From the NCBI RefSeq assembly GCF_009914755.1, contig NC_060925.1: 64,000 bases of DNA. One strand, written 5' to 3'. Every line of letters begins with the position of its first letter. Position 1 is the first letter of the stretch. This document shows positions 31,977 to 48,090 of the stretch, piece after piece. A model generated the notes under the pieces. It saw nothing but the letters and a program-made list of their open reading frames with translations. It searched no databases and was not told the origin of the DNA. This DNA comes from the human T2T-CHM13v2.0 reference genome, Homo sapiens. The translations under genes and the position numbers were made by a program.

Positions 31977-32988
31977 TGAACTGCAATCATTTTCCTCACA
32001 AAAATTTTGATAAATTTTATTGATAGGGCATTCCTATTTCAGAGAATTAATTTATTTGGGAAGGCAAGATGATATACAATGAGCATGATGACTTTGGAGC
32101 TGGACAGACCCATTAAATAAAGAAAGGAGAATAAATAAAAGGGAATTGTACCAAAGGAATCTCAAAGGCTGAAATGGAAGCGGTAACATCAAAGACAAGA
32201 AATCCTACTCCAGGCCTGTGGCAGTTGTTAAAGAGTGGTCCTGTTTTGGTTAGCAACTTGGCTCTCTCAGTGCAAGTCATTAAAACTGCCTCATTGATAT
32301 TTAAGTTGCTTCCTACCGAATTCAGATCTTGGCTCTGCCACTGTCGGCTTTGCAGCTGGATTTGAAACCCCTTCACTTAGCCCAGCCTCAGTTTCTTCAT
32401 TTGTAAAGAAGAACATCGACTTTCTAGGGGTTGTAAAGGATGATGTGTGTGAAAAAGCACCTGGTGCAGCTGCTTCTGGCCTTCTTTCCACAGCAGCTAT
32501 TATTCATCGAATCTCATTGACTTTAAAATGCACCACTATTTTATGTGCCACTAACAAAGAAATATCACTGCCCATTTAACTATTAGTTATAACATTAACT
32601 AAATGTCACTGCCAATTAACTCAGCCATTGATTATAAGAGAGAATCTGGATTTTAGAAATAATAGAATATGAAAAATATATAGAATCAGTGAAATCACAT
32701 AAAGGTTTGTGAAATAAAGAATAGCGGTCTATGTGCACATGGTATAGAGTGCTATAGCAGAAGTACATGGAAAATGAAATTAAGTGGAGGCATGACATCT
32801 GCCCTCAGAAACGTTTTCTAGTTAATGAATGTTAGGAGCCCATCTGTGGAATCAAGAACAGGAGATCCACATAGTATATACTCCTCCCAGCCAGAGTCTT
32901 GGAAATCAAAATTTTTTTGTTTTTATTTTATTTTTGACATCTCAAGATTTACCATTTGTTTCAAAGGGTATATAAATTTTTAGGGGAA

Positions 32989-33283
32989 TTTTTTTTTTTT
33001 CGAGACAGTCTCACTCTGTTGCCCAGGCTGGAGTAAGTGGCACAGACATGGCTCACTGAAGCCTCCATCTCCTGGGCTCTAGTTATCCTCCTGCCTCAGC
33101 CTCTACAATAGTTGGGACCACAGGCATGCACCACCATGCCTGGCTAATTTTTTCAATTTTTTTGTAGAGCTGGGGTCTTGTCATGTTGTTCAAGCTGGTC
33201 TTGAACTCTTGGCCTGAAGCAATCCTCCTGCCTCTGCCTTCTAAAGTGCTGGGATCACAGATGTGAGCCACCGCACCCAGCCG
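32989..33283 (-). mobile_element. AluJ-like element
   Basis: Diverged antisense dimer after poly(T). Confidence 0.9.
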
Positions 33284-33693
33284 GGAAAAATTATTTAAAC
33301 TATTTGAACTGATCTCTGAAGGTTCATATGTGTCACATAGTACTTGCCTCTTTATTTTTCTGGATCCCAAAGTCCAAAATCAAAGAACAGAGGGGATGTT
33401 GCCTATAAAAGACTGACATGCAGGCGGGGCTTCTATGTAATGTGCTTCTGGGGCTGGTTTCGCTTCTCCTCACAGGTGTCCTGTCTCTCATCACTTCCAC
33501 TGGTTGAAAAGAAACCAGGACATTTGGAGTCAAGGCTGAGGCAGGTCAGGCAGCTGTGGTTATACTCATGTAGACCTCATCTCACCTCCGCAACCAAGCA
33601 CTGGCCACAGCCGCCTCTTAGCCTTCAGGCAATTCATTTTAAAGGCGGCTTTAGCAATAGTATGACATTACGGTGTAGAAATCTAAAAGAGGA

Positions 33694-34004
<311 letters not shown>

Positions 34005-35199
34005 TCAAAGAGGAAGCTGGATGAGATGAAGGGGAGGGGCTGGTCGAGAGTAACTGCAGAGGGTTTGAGGAGTAGAAATGATATCAGAGAGGGGAAGCCA
34101 CACTAAGGCCTTGGGTAGTTGTTCACAGTGCAACATATTCTCTCAGTGAGTTAGCATCCTGGCTTTCCTGGGGCAACCCAGTAACACCACTTCAGTGATG
34201 TGGAAAAACATTGCTGTCCAAGAGGAATTGAATTCACTGGCTTTAGTGTCTGTTAGGAGGGAAAGCCTCATCGTGCTGAGAAAGCGGTCCTCCCTGGGCC
34301 GGGACCATCCCTTCATTCTCTCAAATGAACGCTTGGATTTGTTACTGCCTGATAAGTCAGAAATGTTTGGCTTAGATGTTCCCTCAACCACAATGACTTG
34401 AGGAACTTAAGGCAAATGGAAAATGCTTCCTGGATATTGTAAAGTCCAAACCTTCTGGAAATAGTTTGAATGCATTTCCATCCCTCCACAGGCAGCTGTT
34501 TTTCTCTCACACTAGCATGTTCCACTAGCGTGTCCCCGTCCCTCAGGCCTTCCAAGCTATCTATATGTCGCTAATTATGAAACAGGTTATTTCTGAAGAA
34601 GAGACGCTGCGTTTCTGAAGAAAAAGTCATGGAGTAGCTATTTAAGAATAACACTGGTCTTTTGGAGTTGTTGTTTCAGGAAGTACTGTAGTATCTTTTT
34701 GGTCTTCTGAAAGAAAAAGAAAAACGTTGTGACTGTGACTTTGGCTCTGTTTATTTTACTTTTCTTATCTAACCCACACGACACTGACAAATACCACATC
34801 TGTCTTGACAAGCTAGTTTGCAAATAACTATTCATTCATAATTTTAGGCTATTGTAAGAATCCTTATTTGTTACTTCATCTTGTAAGCAAGAATGCAAAA
34901 TTTGGTTTTGAGAAAGACACTGAAATGACCGCAAGTCCACTGGTCTTTGCAAATCTCTCCATCTGAAAAAGATGACTGTGTACTTTTTAGTGGATTTTCA
35001 GAGCTCTAAAATATTTATTGTTGCCAAAACATAGATGGGAATTTTCTGAGAAATATAATTTAATTTTAAAGTTTTGGATTCATTTCAGTGTTGGTAATGT
35101 CAGTGCTTCTTAGACCAAGTTTATCAGGGATTTTTCTGTTTACACCAGATGTAGCAGTAACTTTGTCATTTCTTCTATTTTGATTTTTTTAAAATATGA

Positions 35200-35604
<405 letters not shown>

Positions 35605-36809
35605 AGTGAACTCTTGTAATAAAACTGCTGGCTTAGAAACTCCAGAAAAGTGTGAATGACTTATTCTGATTCTACTTTAGACAGATAAAGAAACAATCAC
35701 AGATGGAGGACTTTTCTGTGCAAAGGATGGGTGGTTTGGTCAAGGAACGGTCCCCCCAGAGGTCAGTCAGGGCTTTCTGTGGGGAAAATGTTTCTACATT
35801 CAAGTTCATCCTTGGCATTTTGGGCTCTGCAGGTTAACGAGAGGGAGACAGAGGAAGGAGTGCACCAAACCTCTGACTCCTACCTGGAAGTAGCCAAGCA
35901 GAAGCAAAGCTGAATAATAGCCATGACCTCAGGCTCTGAAGCAGGAGGTTCCACCTTCAGATGGATCTGTTAAACTTCACCACCCTGGGTTTCTTGTACC
36001 TGTCTTCACTGTTTTCTGTCTGAGATATCTTGAGGCATTTTTAAAACATTAAGTTGTTTTGGATAGTAATTTAGTCACTCATTTGTATCTCTTCATAGTA
36101 TTAAGCCTTAGGTTATTATGTGTGTTAACTAAAATCACTGATCGGATCTCTAAACTAAGTCCTGAACTGCCATGATTCCACCTACTAAACTTACACTTTT
36201 CTTCTACGTAGAATGAGGTGACCGGTGCTAGTTTGTCCTGGAGAGAGAGGTATTTCAGAAGAATTCCACTGTCAGAAAATATCACCATCAATAATGAAAC
36301 TATGTGTGTAAAGTCATGTCTAATTTTATTAACTGTTTGTCACAAGTACTCAGATTATAGAAAGAGGGTCTTGATCTAAGCTGACCCTGAATTGTTATAC
36401 ATTTGGATCAGTTTTCCCTTTCTTGCTGAGAATTCTCTAAGAAGAGTAGAAACTCATTGTAGTTCAGTGTTGGGAGGAATGATTGTACCCACTTACAGAG
36501 TTGCTATATCACAAGAGAGATGCATTGTTTGTTTGTGTGGAGAGGCTGGAGGGATTAGGGCAGGAGCTTATTTGATAGGGAGTTTAGTTGTACATTTGTA
36601 AGACATCTAATTTTACTTAAGATATCATTGCAGTAAGAATGGCTTTATCTCTATCCTATAGACCCTCACAGTAGACAAAACCACTACCTACTCAGAACAA
36701 ATAGCCCTTATGAGGGAATAATTTTTCCTTGATTCACCTGATTGGATTGTTTTGAGGTCAAATGAGGTTCTGTAAAAGGCCTTGCTAACCTGTAAGGCAT
36801 AATAACCTG

Positions 36810-37010
36810 TACCAGGGTTCTCAAATTTTACCATGCAAAATAATTACTGATGTACCTTTATAAATGTAGATTCCCAAGCCTTTGTCAGCCACTCCAATTC
36901 AGATTATAATTCAGTTCGTTTTAAGATGGGCTCCAGAAACCTGCATCTTGATAAGGCGGCCAGGTGATCCTTGTGCAGATAGTTCAGAAACATACTCTGG
37001 AAACACTGTG
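36810..37010. mobile_element. MER5-like DNA transposon
   Basis: 'cagggttctcaaa...aatgtagattccca...ccagaaacctgcatc...ccaggtgatcc...tctggaaacactg'. Confidence 0.65.
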
Positions 37011-37242
37011 TATTTTTGTTTTGTTGCTTTATTTCTTAGCTGTGTCATTGCAGGCAAAAATAAACCCCAACATTGTTACAGTTAATTAACTTCCTAGTCA
37101 TTTAATTACTTTGTAAATTACCCATGCGAAGTTTTAATTCTAGGACTGTTTCTATTTTATGACTTGTGTTACCCATAGTCCCCCATCATAAATTAGTGAG
37201 TGCCTGCGTTCTTCTAAAAATATCAGGTTTCTCACATGCACG

Positions 37243-37462
37243 TAGTGAGGGGAACAACACACACTGGGGTCTGTCAGTGGGGATGGGGTAGGGAGAGCAT
37301 CAGGATTCATTGCTAATGCATGCAGGGCTTGATACCTAGGTGATGGGGTTGATAGGTGCAGCAAACCACCATGGCACACGTTTACCTGTGTCACAAACCT
37401 GCACATCCTGCACATGTATCCCGGAACTTAAAATAAAATAAAATAAAATTTAAAATAAAAAA
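37243..37462 (+). mobile_element. 5'-truncated L1PA 3' end
   Basis: 'ggggaacaacacacactgggg...gcagcaaaccaccatggcacacgtttacct...aaacctgcacatcctgcacatgtatccc', then an (AAAAT)n tail. Confidence 0.92.
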
Positions 37463-37612
37463 AGTTATGTTTGTAAGACTATAAATGCCTCAGATTTTGA
37501 GAATTCTTTACATTTCTTTGTTACAAAGCCTTTTCGCATATATCCAAAGCCTCACTGTTCTAAACAGAGTGTATCCATACCTCAGTGCTGCTTCAATGAT
37601 GTAGATGATTGA

Positions 37613-37916
<304 letters not shown>

Positions 37917-40097
37917 TGAAAACTGATTATTTTAAAACTAAGGTTTGCTTTCTGTAGACTGAACAATCATTAGCATCCTTACATCTCTATCTCATTCATG
38001 GTCTTAACTTCTAAGGCATTGGATCAGCACCAGAGCTCCCTGTCCTCCTGCCTTACTTAAAAACAAAAAAGAAAGAAAGGAAAGAAAAGAAGGGATTTTA
38101 ATGCTGTTTTATAGCAGAGTGAAAGTAAACCAAAGGTGCATACTTGAGAACTGCAGGCTGGAAATTGCAAGTGACAATAATTACCTCATCTTATTCCCAC
38201 ACAGACTTCCTATGACCTGGGTGACCTTGGGATCTGAATTCTGTTTAATAGAATTGTCCCTCTTCTGCACCACGGCGTACACTGGCCTGAAGAAGGTGCT
38301 GTTTCCCAGGAAAAGCACTTAAATCCCCCCAAGAAATGCATAGGGCCATAGTTTGAAGAAAAAGTATTGCTAACCAAGTGACTTACTCTGCATATTCTAC
38401 CTTTCTCTGGTTGTATTCTTTGAGATTTTTATTTAAGATAACTTTCAGCATCTCTTTTTAAAGGTCAGATACGAATGAGAAAACTTTGTCTGACTTGTTA
38501 ATCTTGTGACAAACCGTTTATATCCAGTGTAGCTTCCTGTCTTTGCTGACTGGTTATTTGAGGGAATTTTCTTCCTGTAAGACTGTGGAGAAGCCTCTAA
38601 AAATAAACAGCATGGTTTCTTATTGGTGGGAACATATGTGAGCAGATGTCAGCTGGAAGCAGCATATGGTGGCAACATGATAGCAGTATGTGCTTATAGA
38701 ATCCCCGCTGTTGGGTCTTCGTCTTCCATGCCACACTGGCCAGTCAGAGCCCCATATCTCAGTTAAAGAGTGTTCCGCCTAGAAGGTGTAATCCACACAT
38801 TTGTGAAAAATCTGCCACTGGGATCTTGATAGTGGGCTGAATATTGGACATGGTAAGTTCCAGAGTATGGAAAAAGTCTTTGTTATCCATTTAAAAATCA
38901 AGTGATAAGAGGCACACATATGGCAAAAATAAAAAATAAATCAAGAGAAGAGTCCACAAAGCCTTTGTCTTGTGTTGAAAGAAGTTTTCAAGTCAGGTCT
39001 GAATAGTGGCAGTGTTACTTCTAGAAGACGTGCTCTATAAACATGGAAGGTGCATGGACTCCCAGTGTATGAAAGGAGCCAGGAAAGAATGATATTCATG
39101 CCAGGCCCTAATAGGCAGTCAGGGCTTCTTTTGTCACACAAGTTAGACAACTGCTCATATTCCTTGACCACCTTTTGTCTGTCAGTCTGTTTTAAATATA
39201 TCATCTCATTTCAATTTTATAAAAACCCTCAGAGGCAGGGTTACGTCTGCCTCATCTTACAGACTTCTCCATGGATTCACAGGAAATCAGTGACAGAACA
39301 GGGGTTTGAATTAACATCTTCTTCTGCAAAAATTCTATATTTTTATTGACCTTACCACCAATGGAAAAAGTTTTGAACACTCAGCAATATTTCCTCTTCA
39401 ATTTGAGATATTTTGTGGGGGAGGGGGTGTGCTTTCTTTTCTAAGAATATGGTGGGCAAAATACAAATTGGGTTGCTGTTACTTTAAAGAAAGTGAAGTT
39501 CAAATTTTCCAGATGTAATAACTATTGTGGAAGATGCGTTTAGTCCATTTCAGAGAGCTCTAGCTTTTTAAACTGTAGGTAAGTAGCCCCAAACCAATAT
39601 TCACTTGTATTTTTGACTCATTCAAGAAGGAGTTTTCACATGCGGGTTAGAAATGATGACAGGTGGTTTTAAGAACACTGAAATCTAGGCCAGCCAAATG
39701 AAAACCAAAGTTTTATTCTTAATCGGTAGACTGTCTTTTGTCAAAGGAGGTCAAAGCCTTTCTTATTCATCTTTAATATAAATCAAGGTATTTATTTTAC
39801 CGTTTCAGTATGTAAATTGTACTCTGTTATTTTAACATTAGAACGTGCTAAAGGGAAAACTGAATTCAGGAGTCTGACTGCTGGTTAAGGGATGCCAGAA
39901 GATCTGGGACTAAAATCTGGAATCCTCCTTAGATCCTCAGTGTCTAATCCCCTGGCCCCAGGTAGCAGGGACCTTATTTCTGGGGAAATGATAAGAACAT
40001 TCAATGAGTCCCTCTTCTACTTTGAATCTTTGTATAGTTCTGTGCCAGGCATCTCTTCAGTAAAATAGCTAATGACTGTGCTTTTTAAAACTCCTAG

Positions 40098-40181
40098 CTG
40101 TCTGCCCAGTTGTTACAACACCCTCTGGCTCAGTGGGCAGCTTGTGCTCCAGACAGTCCCAGGTGCTCTGTGGGTACCTTG
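40098..40181 (+). CDS. TGFB2: 84-nt alternative cassette exon of the long TGF-beta2 isoform
   Basis: Acceptor ctcctag (AG at 40096-40097) and donor GTGAGT at 40182; phase 1 to phase 1. Encodes (T)VCPVVTTPSGSVGSLCSRQSQVLCGYL(D), the known insert of the long isoform. Not in the ORF track. Confidence 0.95.
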
Positions 40182-40659
40182 GTGAGTACACTTGTCTGCT
40201 TTATTCCTCGTTTGACATAGTTATATCAAATCCATCTTTAGTGTTTGTCTCCTGTGGGGAACTTGCCAGAGGCAAGATGAGATTCTGAAATGCAGCCTTG
40301 TACCTGAGCGATCACAAAGGTGCCTAGAATTTTTTTTAGTAAGAGTTTACATGAGAAAAACTGATGAATAGCTTTGAAGTAATGCAATGACTATATTGCA
40401 GCATGTAAAAGAATGACTTGTGGGGATGAGATATGTGTTTTAGGGGTCACAGAGTGATTTGACATACACCTTTCCTGATCCCCATGGAGGCCACTCTCTG
40501 GAGGGTTGGACAGCATGGCCTGAATGTCAAGGGAATGTTCCTTTTTATATCTTTATTTGTATCTATGTTCTTGTTCTTGACACATAGTAGTTGCTCAATT
40601 AATGTTTCTTGTCCTGAACCAAAGTGAAAGGAGATTTTCTCTCCTTTAAGGTTCTAGAG

Positions 40660-40877
40660 CAAGCTTGTCCAACCCTCGGCCTGCATGCAGTCCAGGATGG
40701 CCTTGAATGCGGCCCAATGTAAATTTGTAAATTTTCTTAAAAAATTATGAGATTTTTTTTTGCAATATTTTTAAAGCTTATCAGCTATCGTTAGTGTTAG
40801 TCTATTTTATGTGTGGCCCAAGACAATTCTTGTTTTTCCAGTGAGGCCCAGGGAAGCTGAAAGATTGGACGCCCCTG
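40660..40877. mobile_element. MER30 hAT DNA transposon, complete
   Basis: Terminal inverted repeats caagcttgtccaa / ttggacgcccctg and an 8-bp TSD ttctagag / ctctagag. Confidence 0.9.
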
Positions 40878-43062
40878 CTCTAGAGGGAGACCTGTCGGGG
40901 AGTTATGCTGCTGATTATTTGTGACCTTTGTATTGACATGTCTCGTTTGCTTAAGGAAATGGATCGTCATGGGTCAGGCCCTCAGCCAACTGGACCTGTG
41001 AGCTTGCCACTTGCTCAAACCACTTAGCCCTGACCCTCGGAGCAGGTGCAAGCTCCTCAGAGCCAGCACCAGGTGTTAGGCTGAGGGGTACAAAAGCCAG
41101 AAGTCCTCAACCCTTTCTTATTGGGAACACTGATTAATTCAGCCATTTATTGAATGCTTACTATATGCTGGACGATGAGTCCACAACAAAGAATAGAGCT
41201 TGGGTGATCCTGACGCTCAAGGAATTCAGTGGCTAAAGTTATCCCTGAACCATGCTCAGGAAAAAAGGAAACAGACTTGCAATCCTGGCATTGGTTCACT
41301 GCATATTTTTGAGGCCCTGAGAAGGTTTGGATTATGTTGATTCTAAGTGTGGGTGGAGGTCCCGGCTAGAGACAAAAGAAATGTTTTTATTATCCTAGGA
41401 AAAGCCTAGGTCACTGGATACCCTATTCTGCAATGTATCATGCCTACACATTGTTGGTTAGAAATCAGTATAGTTTATTTACAGTGGCCTAAGCTGGGGT
41501 TTCCTCAAAAAGAACTCATTCTGTTGAGAATATACGTTGATTTTAGTACAGAGAGCCTCAAAGTGGCTACAAGCTGCAATGTGAATAAAAAGAGTGAAAA
41601 GTTTAATCATGCCTTTAAAGCTCCCGTTTGTGAGTCATTACGTTTTGTTTTTATACTCTAAATTCTAATTTTATTTCACTAGCTCAACCAAGGAGTTAAA
41701 CATCTGATTTTTTCCCCCTAGCTAACTGGCTATTTGGAAAGGAAAACGGGAGGGAATGAGAGAAAGAAAACATTTGTTGAATACCCCCTATGTCCCTGGT
41801 ACTTAAGACACATCATCCTAATTTTCCCCACATTGGTTGGTCAGGGAGGGCCAGAATGACGATCCCCATTTTTTAGGAAATCGTGGTTTGGAGAGGTAAA
41901 CACCTTGTCCTTGGTCACAGAGCTGGCTGGTGACAGAGCCAAAATCTGAATTCAGGTCTGGCCCAGATGCCACCATACCACAGAGACCCCAAACTTTTCC
42001 CCCCTTTTTTGGCTTTTCCTTTGGAATCCTGTCCTGTTAATTTTGTAACTTTCTTGCCTACTACTTGGGATTAATTTCCTTTTCATCTTTTCCTCCCATA
42101 GTAAACAAAGTGAGAGGCCTACCCTGGTTCTTCGGGCGGTTTTTCTTCTCAGACACTCCTCACTTGGGGTTATTTTCGGTCACTTAATTGCTGCGAGCTT
42201 CTGTCTTCCTTTGGTGAAAAAGCATTGGAAACCCACCCTGCTCCTCAGCGAGTCAGGGAAAATCAGGAGTGTCTGAGGGTGTGGAAGGGGAGATGGGGCG
42301 CAAGCTCCACATAGATTCCCATAACAGTGGGAGGCTCTTCCACCTTGCCTAGCTCGCAGGCTCTGGAAAAACCCTGCAGACCCCTTTCAGACCTTCCCTG
42401 CAAGGCTGCTGAGCAGTGGGGCTCTGCATTTTTTTTTTTTTTTGTCTCTGTTCTTAGAAATAGTAATTGAGTAAAAATGTAAGTGAGTGTATGCCAGGGG
42501 GCAGGCATCCAGGGTCAGGGTGAATTTCTCCATGCTGAGTGTGATTCTGAACACTCGTTAAGTGAAGTTGGCCTGTGCCAAGCAGCTCCAGGGCCATCCC
42601 TGTCACCTTGCGTGAACCGCCTCTCCATTCCAAGGAGATGTTGGGAGCGGCTGAAGTGAGCGTGAGGCCTGTGGCGCCTCTTGCTTTTCTCACTCTAACC
42701 TGGGTGTTGTTGATAACGACGTGTTCTGACACTGACAATTGGACTGGCAGCTCTGATGCTGCATCAGCTTTAAATTAAATACCCTGGAGGAGAAAATAGT
42801 CCATGCTCCTCACAGCCATGTGACTGCGAAATCATTTTTCTCTTTTCAAGCTTATTATCCCCAATAATATTGGTTAAGATGTGGTTAGCCTGCCTAAAGG
42901 TTTTCCTATTAAGACATAAGAATCCAGTGTGTAAGCAGTAGAGATAAGTCTCTCTATGAAGGAATGGATTAATAGTCATGAAGGCAAATATAATTTTTTA
43001 AAAAGAGTATTTACTGAATAAGAGGCTTTTAAGTAACTTGGTTAAGATTTAAAGGTGGTATT

Positions 43063-43376
43063 TCTCTCTCTCTCTCTTTTTTTAGAGACAGAGACAAGGT
43101 CTCTCTGTTGTCCAGGCTGGAGTGTGGTAGCATGATCATAGCTCACTGTAACCTCTAACTCCTGGGCTGAAGCAATCCTCCCACCCCAGCCTCCTGAGTA
43201 GCTAGGACCACAAGTGTGCACCACCACACTGGCTAATTAAAAAAAAAATTTTTTTTTAGAGATGGGGTCTTGCTATATTGCCCAGGCTGGGCTCAAACTT
43301 CTGACCTCACACAGTCCTCCTGCCTCAGCCTTCTGAAGTGCAGCGATTATAAGACATGAGCCACTGCGCCTGACCC
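43063..43376 (-). mobile_element. AluJ-like element next to a MER5-like remnant (about 43385-43550)
   Basis: Antisense dimer; TSD aggtggtatttctc / aggtggtgtttctc. Confidence 0.9.
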
Positions 43377-44556
43377 GAGGTGGTGTTTCTCAAAGTGTGA
43401 TATGCATTTCTGTCTCCTGGGACATCCATCAGATTTCTTGGCCCCATTTCAGAGCTGCCAAGTCAGAATCACTGGGGTGGGTGGAGCTGAGGACTCTGCA
43501 CATTTTAAACAGGCACTGCAGGTGCTTCTGACGTCACTAAAGTTTGCAGCTGCTCAAGTCAAAGGATGCTCTGATTATGCACATCTGTTTACTCAGTCAT
43601 ACCACATGGATGGATTCAGATCCAGTGGACTCTCTGTTTGATCAGCTGGTCCTTCAAGTGTGACCCTGAACCTACAGCCCCTGTGGAGTTTTTGCCACGT
43701 GCTTTCCATTTTCCCAAATGCAGGCAAATATTGAGGTAGTTTTTAATAATATTACTTGTTATTAAGAGTACCACACATACCCTCTGCTCACTGTTCATCA
43801 CAGAGGAGAACAATGAGTGTGCAAGGAAGTAAATTAATCGTGTGTGGGTGTTGGATGTTATGTATTTCTGCACTCAGATGCCTTCAACCGGGCAACGGTG
43901 GAGTGGGGAAGGGACTTTCAAAGCTAGTGTTTAATGCATAAGTGACACATACCATGTATAAGGTAATATGTAATTCCCTGAGGTAGCATTTGGCCAAAGC
44001 GCTGCTGACCTCTTGGTGGCCTGAATCGTGTTCTGAGACATTCCATGGGGTAAGGACCTAGCAAACAATGGAATGTAAACTTTACTATCTCAGCCAAACT
44101 CAGCTTTGGGTAACTGCAGGTTTCTCTTTCCAAACAGTGTTTTGTTCAACCAGAGGCATTAGAGCAGGCAAGAATCTGACCAACCTATTAAGAAGCAAAG
44201 TTAATGATAAATCACTTGGTATTTTCTTTGTGCAACCCTGTGCCCCCTGGTATTCTGATGTTTTTGAACCACCTAATACTTTGAAGACAACTGTACAGTA
44301 TGGATATTCTATAACTACCGTAGATTTTTTGGCTATTGAACTATTTACAGAAATACCCAGTTCTCGTATGTGGTCTACATCACTAAATAATCTGATTGAA
44401 GTGTGAGAAGAATGACTTGATAGTGTTCATTTTACCTCCGCATAAGTCTTCAGTTAAAAGAGCTGTACATTAACTGCAAATACAGATATAATTTTAAGAT
44501 AAATGTCAAATGCATGTAGAGACCTTTGGAAGAGAAAGGTGAAGAGAGGACGTTCA

Positions 44557-44863
44557 TTTTTTTTCTTCTTCTTCTTTTTGAGATGGAGTCTCGCTCCTCG
44601 CTCTGTCACCAGGCTAGAAGGCAGTGGTCCATCTCAGCTTACTGCAACCTCCGCCTCCCAGGTTCAAGCAATTCTCCTGCCTCAGCCTCCTGAGTAGCTG
44701 GGACTACAGCCGCACGCCGCCACTCCCAGCTAATTTTTGTATTTTTAGTAGCGACAGGGTCTCACCATCTTGGCAAGTATGGTCTCGATCTCTTGACCTC
44801 GTGATCCGCCTGCCTCAGCCTCCCAAAGTGCTGGAATCACAGGCATGAGCCACCGTGCCCGGC
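44557..44863 (-). mobile_element. AluS element
   Basis: Antisense dimer; TSD tgaagagaggacgttc / tgaagagaggacattc. Confidence 0.95.
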
Positions 44864-44893
44864 TGAAGAGAGGACATTCTTATGATATATTAG

Positions 44894-45720
<827 letters not shown>

Positions 45721-45738
45721 GTTAAGAATGGTATGTTG

Positions 45739-46020
45739 GGCCGGGCACGGTGGCTCATGTCTGTAATCCCACCACTTTGGGAGGCCGAGGCGGGTGGATC
45801 ACAAGGTCAAGAGATCGAGACCATCCTGGCCAACATGGTGAAACCCTGTCTCTACTAAAAATACAAAAATTAGCTGGGCATGGTGGCATGCATCTGTAGT
45901 CCCAGCTACTCAGGAGGCTGAGACAGGAGAATCACTTCAACCCCGGAGGTGGAGGTTGCAGTAAGCCGAGATCGTGCCTCTTCACTCCAGCCTGGGCAAC
46001 AAAGCAAGATTCCGTCTCAG

Positions 46021-46056
<36 letters not shown>
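45739..46056 (+). mobile_element. AluS element with a long poly(A)
   Basis: Full dimer, A36 tail, TSD aatggtatgttg. Confidence 0.95.
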
Positions 46057-46060
<4 letters not shown>

Positions 46061-47399
46061 TATGTTGAATGGCCAAGGTGGAAGTAGGAAATTCAGTGAG
46101 GAGGTCTTCGTGATGCATCAGGATGGCACTTGGCAACTGCATTTCTATAGCAAGAATCTCAAACAGACCTGCCTTATGCTGAGTTTTTCCTTTAGCAAAC
46201 AGTTTGATAGGCAGGCTACAGTGGGTTTTGTATTTAGAAAATGTTTTTCTGTTTGATGGTTTTTAGTTAATAGTCCTTAGTTATTGGCAACTCACCCCCT
46301 TCCTTTCTGAGGAGCAGCCAGTTCTGCAGCCTTCTGTGTGTGAAAATAACCCCTTGGGTCTCCCATCTTGTGCTCACGCATGTGGAATGGCAGCTACTGG
46401 AGTTCGTACTCGCGGTGAAGCCTAGTCATGGCCGTCTTTGACATGATGGCCAGGGACATGTGGCACTATACCCATAGCTGACCATACTTTGGCCTAGGAG
46501 AATGTCAAACTGCCTTTTCCGGTGTGAAATAGAAAGTCAAGCTTGGAAGGATCCTTCTTTGGATCTGTCCAGCTGTGCTCTGCATGCAATAGAAGGGCTT
46601 TTGCCTAAACTTTGAAATGAGGTCATAAGCCAGAGAATTTGTAAAACTATGTCTCTTATCAGTCAAAAAGAATTTCTGTGGGACTGAAGTTTGCTTTCTA
46701 ATTCTTAAGCTTTGAACAGGAAGACTTTACACGGGGATGTTGGTGTTATTTCTTCATCCATCTGTACAAGAAACATGAGTTGAGCCTACTGTGTGCCAGG
46801 TGATAGGTGTAAGAAAACTGCATAGATCCTGTCCTCAGGGAGCCTGCACTTAGTGAGGAAGTCAGGCAGACTAAACCAACCAAACAGAAACAAAAAGCCA
46901 ACCCTGTGGTTGATGACAAGGAAAGCATCTGAGAGGCCAGAAAAAGAATTGTACAACTTGGCCTAGTGGTGAAGGAAGCCTTACTGGGGGAGATGATATT
47001 TACCTCTTGAAAGATGGCCTTTGAGATTGTAGTTTGGTAGTCATCAAGCAGCAATAGAAAACTGCTTATGTTTTCTGGAAGGAGATTTGCCCCTTCATGT
47101 AATTTCTTTCTCTGTGAGTTTGCATGACTACTGTCTTAATGAGTCATGAAACACCAAGAAATGCTTAGTGTGGTCTTTGAAAAAATTGATGTATTTTTAC
47201 AAGGGAACAACTTTGAAATACTGAGACTAGAGAATAGGACAATATGGTTACATCAAGTATTTGTTATTCAAAGTTGATATATTCAGAAGACATAATGGGC
47301 CTATTGTATATAAACATCCATGTGATGATATAGTATACTGGGACTCTGGAATTTGGCATTATTTTATAAGCTCAGGGTCACTGTCTAGAGCTTTTCTCT

Positions 47400-47722
47400 C
47401 AATCTCAGTGAGTGATAAACAGCACAGGTTTCTCGCACGTTCATATAGATGGCCTTGTGGGATGGCTGTGGCTCTGTTCCATGAGCTCTTTATTCCAGGA
47501 CCAGGGCTTAGGGAGCAGCCCCTAACCCAGGCATGCTGACCTCATGGCAGAACCAGGAGATGTGGCAGTTGTCTTTACCCACATTCCATTAGCCAAAGCA
47601 GGTCACATGGCCACACATGATTTCAGTAGAGTAGGAATTGGGTACAAGGGAGAGAGGCTGTGGGGATGGGCCCAGGGGAGAGGGACAGCCAGCATTTTGA
47701 ACAAATGATACAGTCTACCACA
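47400..47722. mobile_element. MLT1 (ERVL-MaLR) LTR remnant
   Basis: 'cattccattagccaaagcaggtcacatggcca...gaacaaatgatacagtctaccaca' is MLT1K/L-like. Confidence 0.7.
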
Positions 47723-47781
47723 GTGTAGGTGGAGGAGTTGGGGAACAGGGAAAGGTTTCGCCCACTTTAAAAAAACTTTCT

Positions 47782-48090
<309 letters not shown>

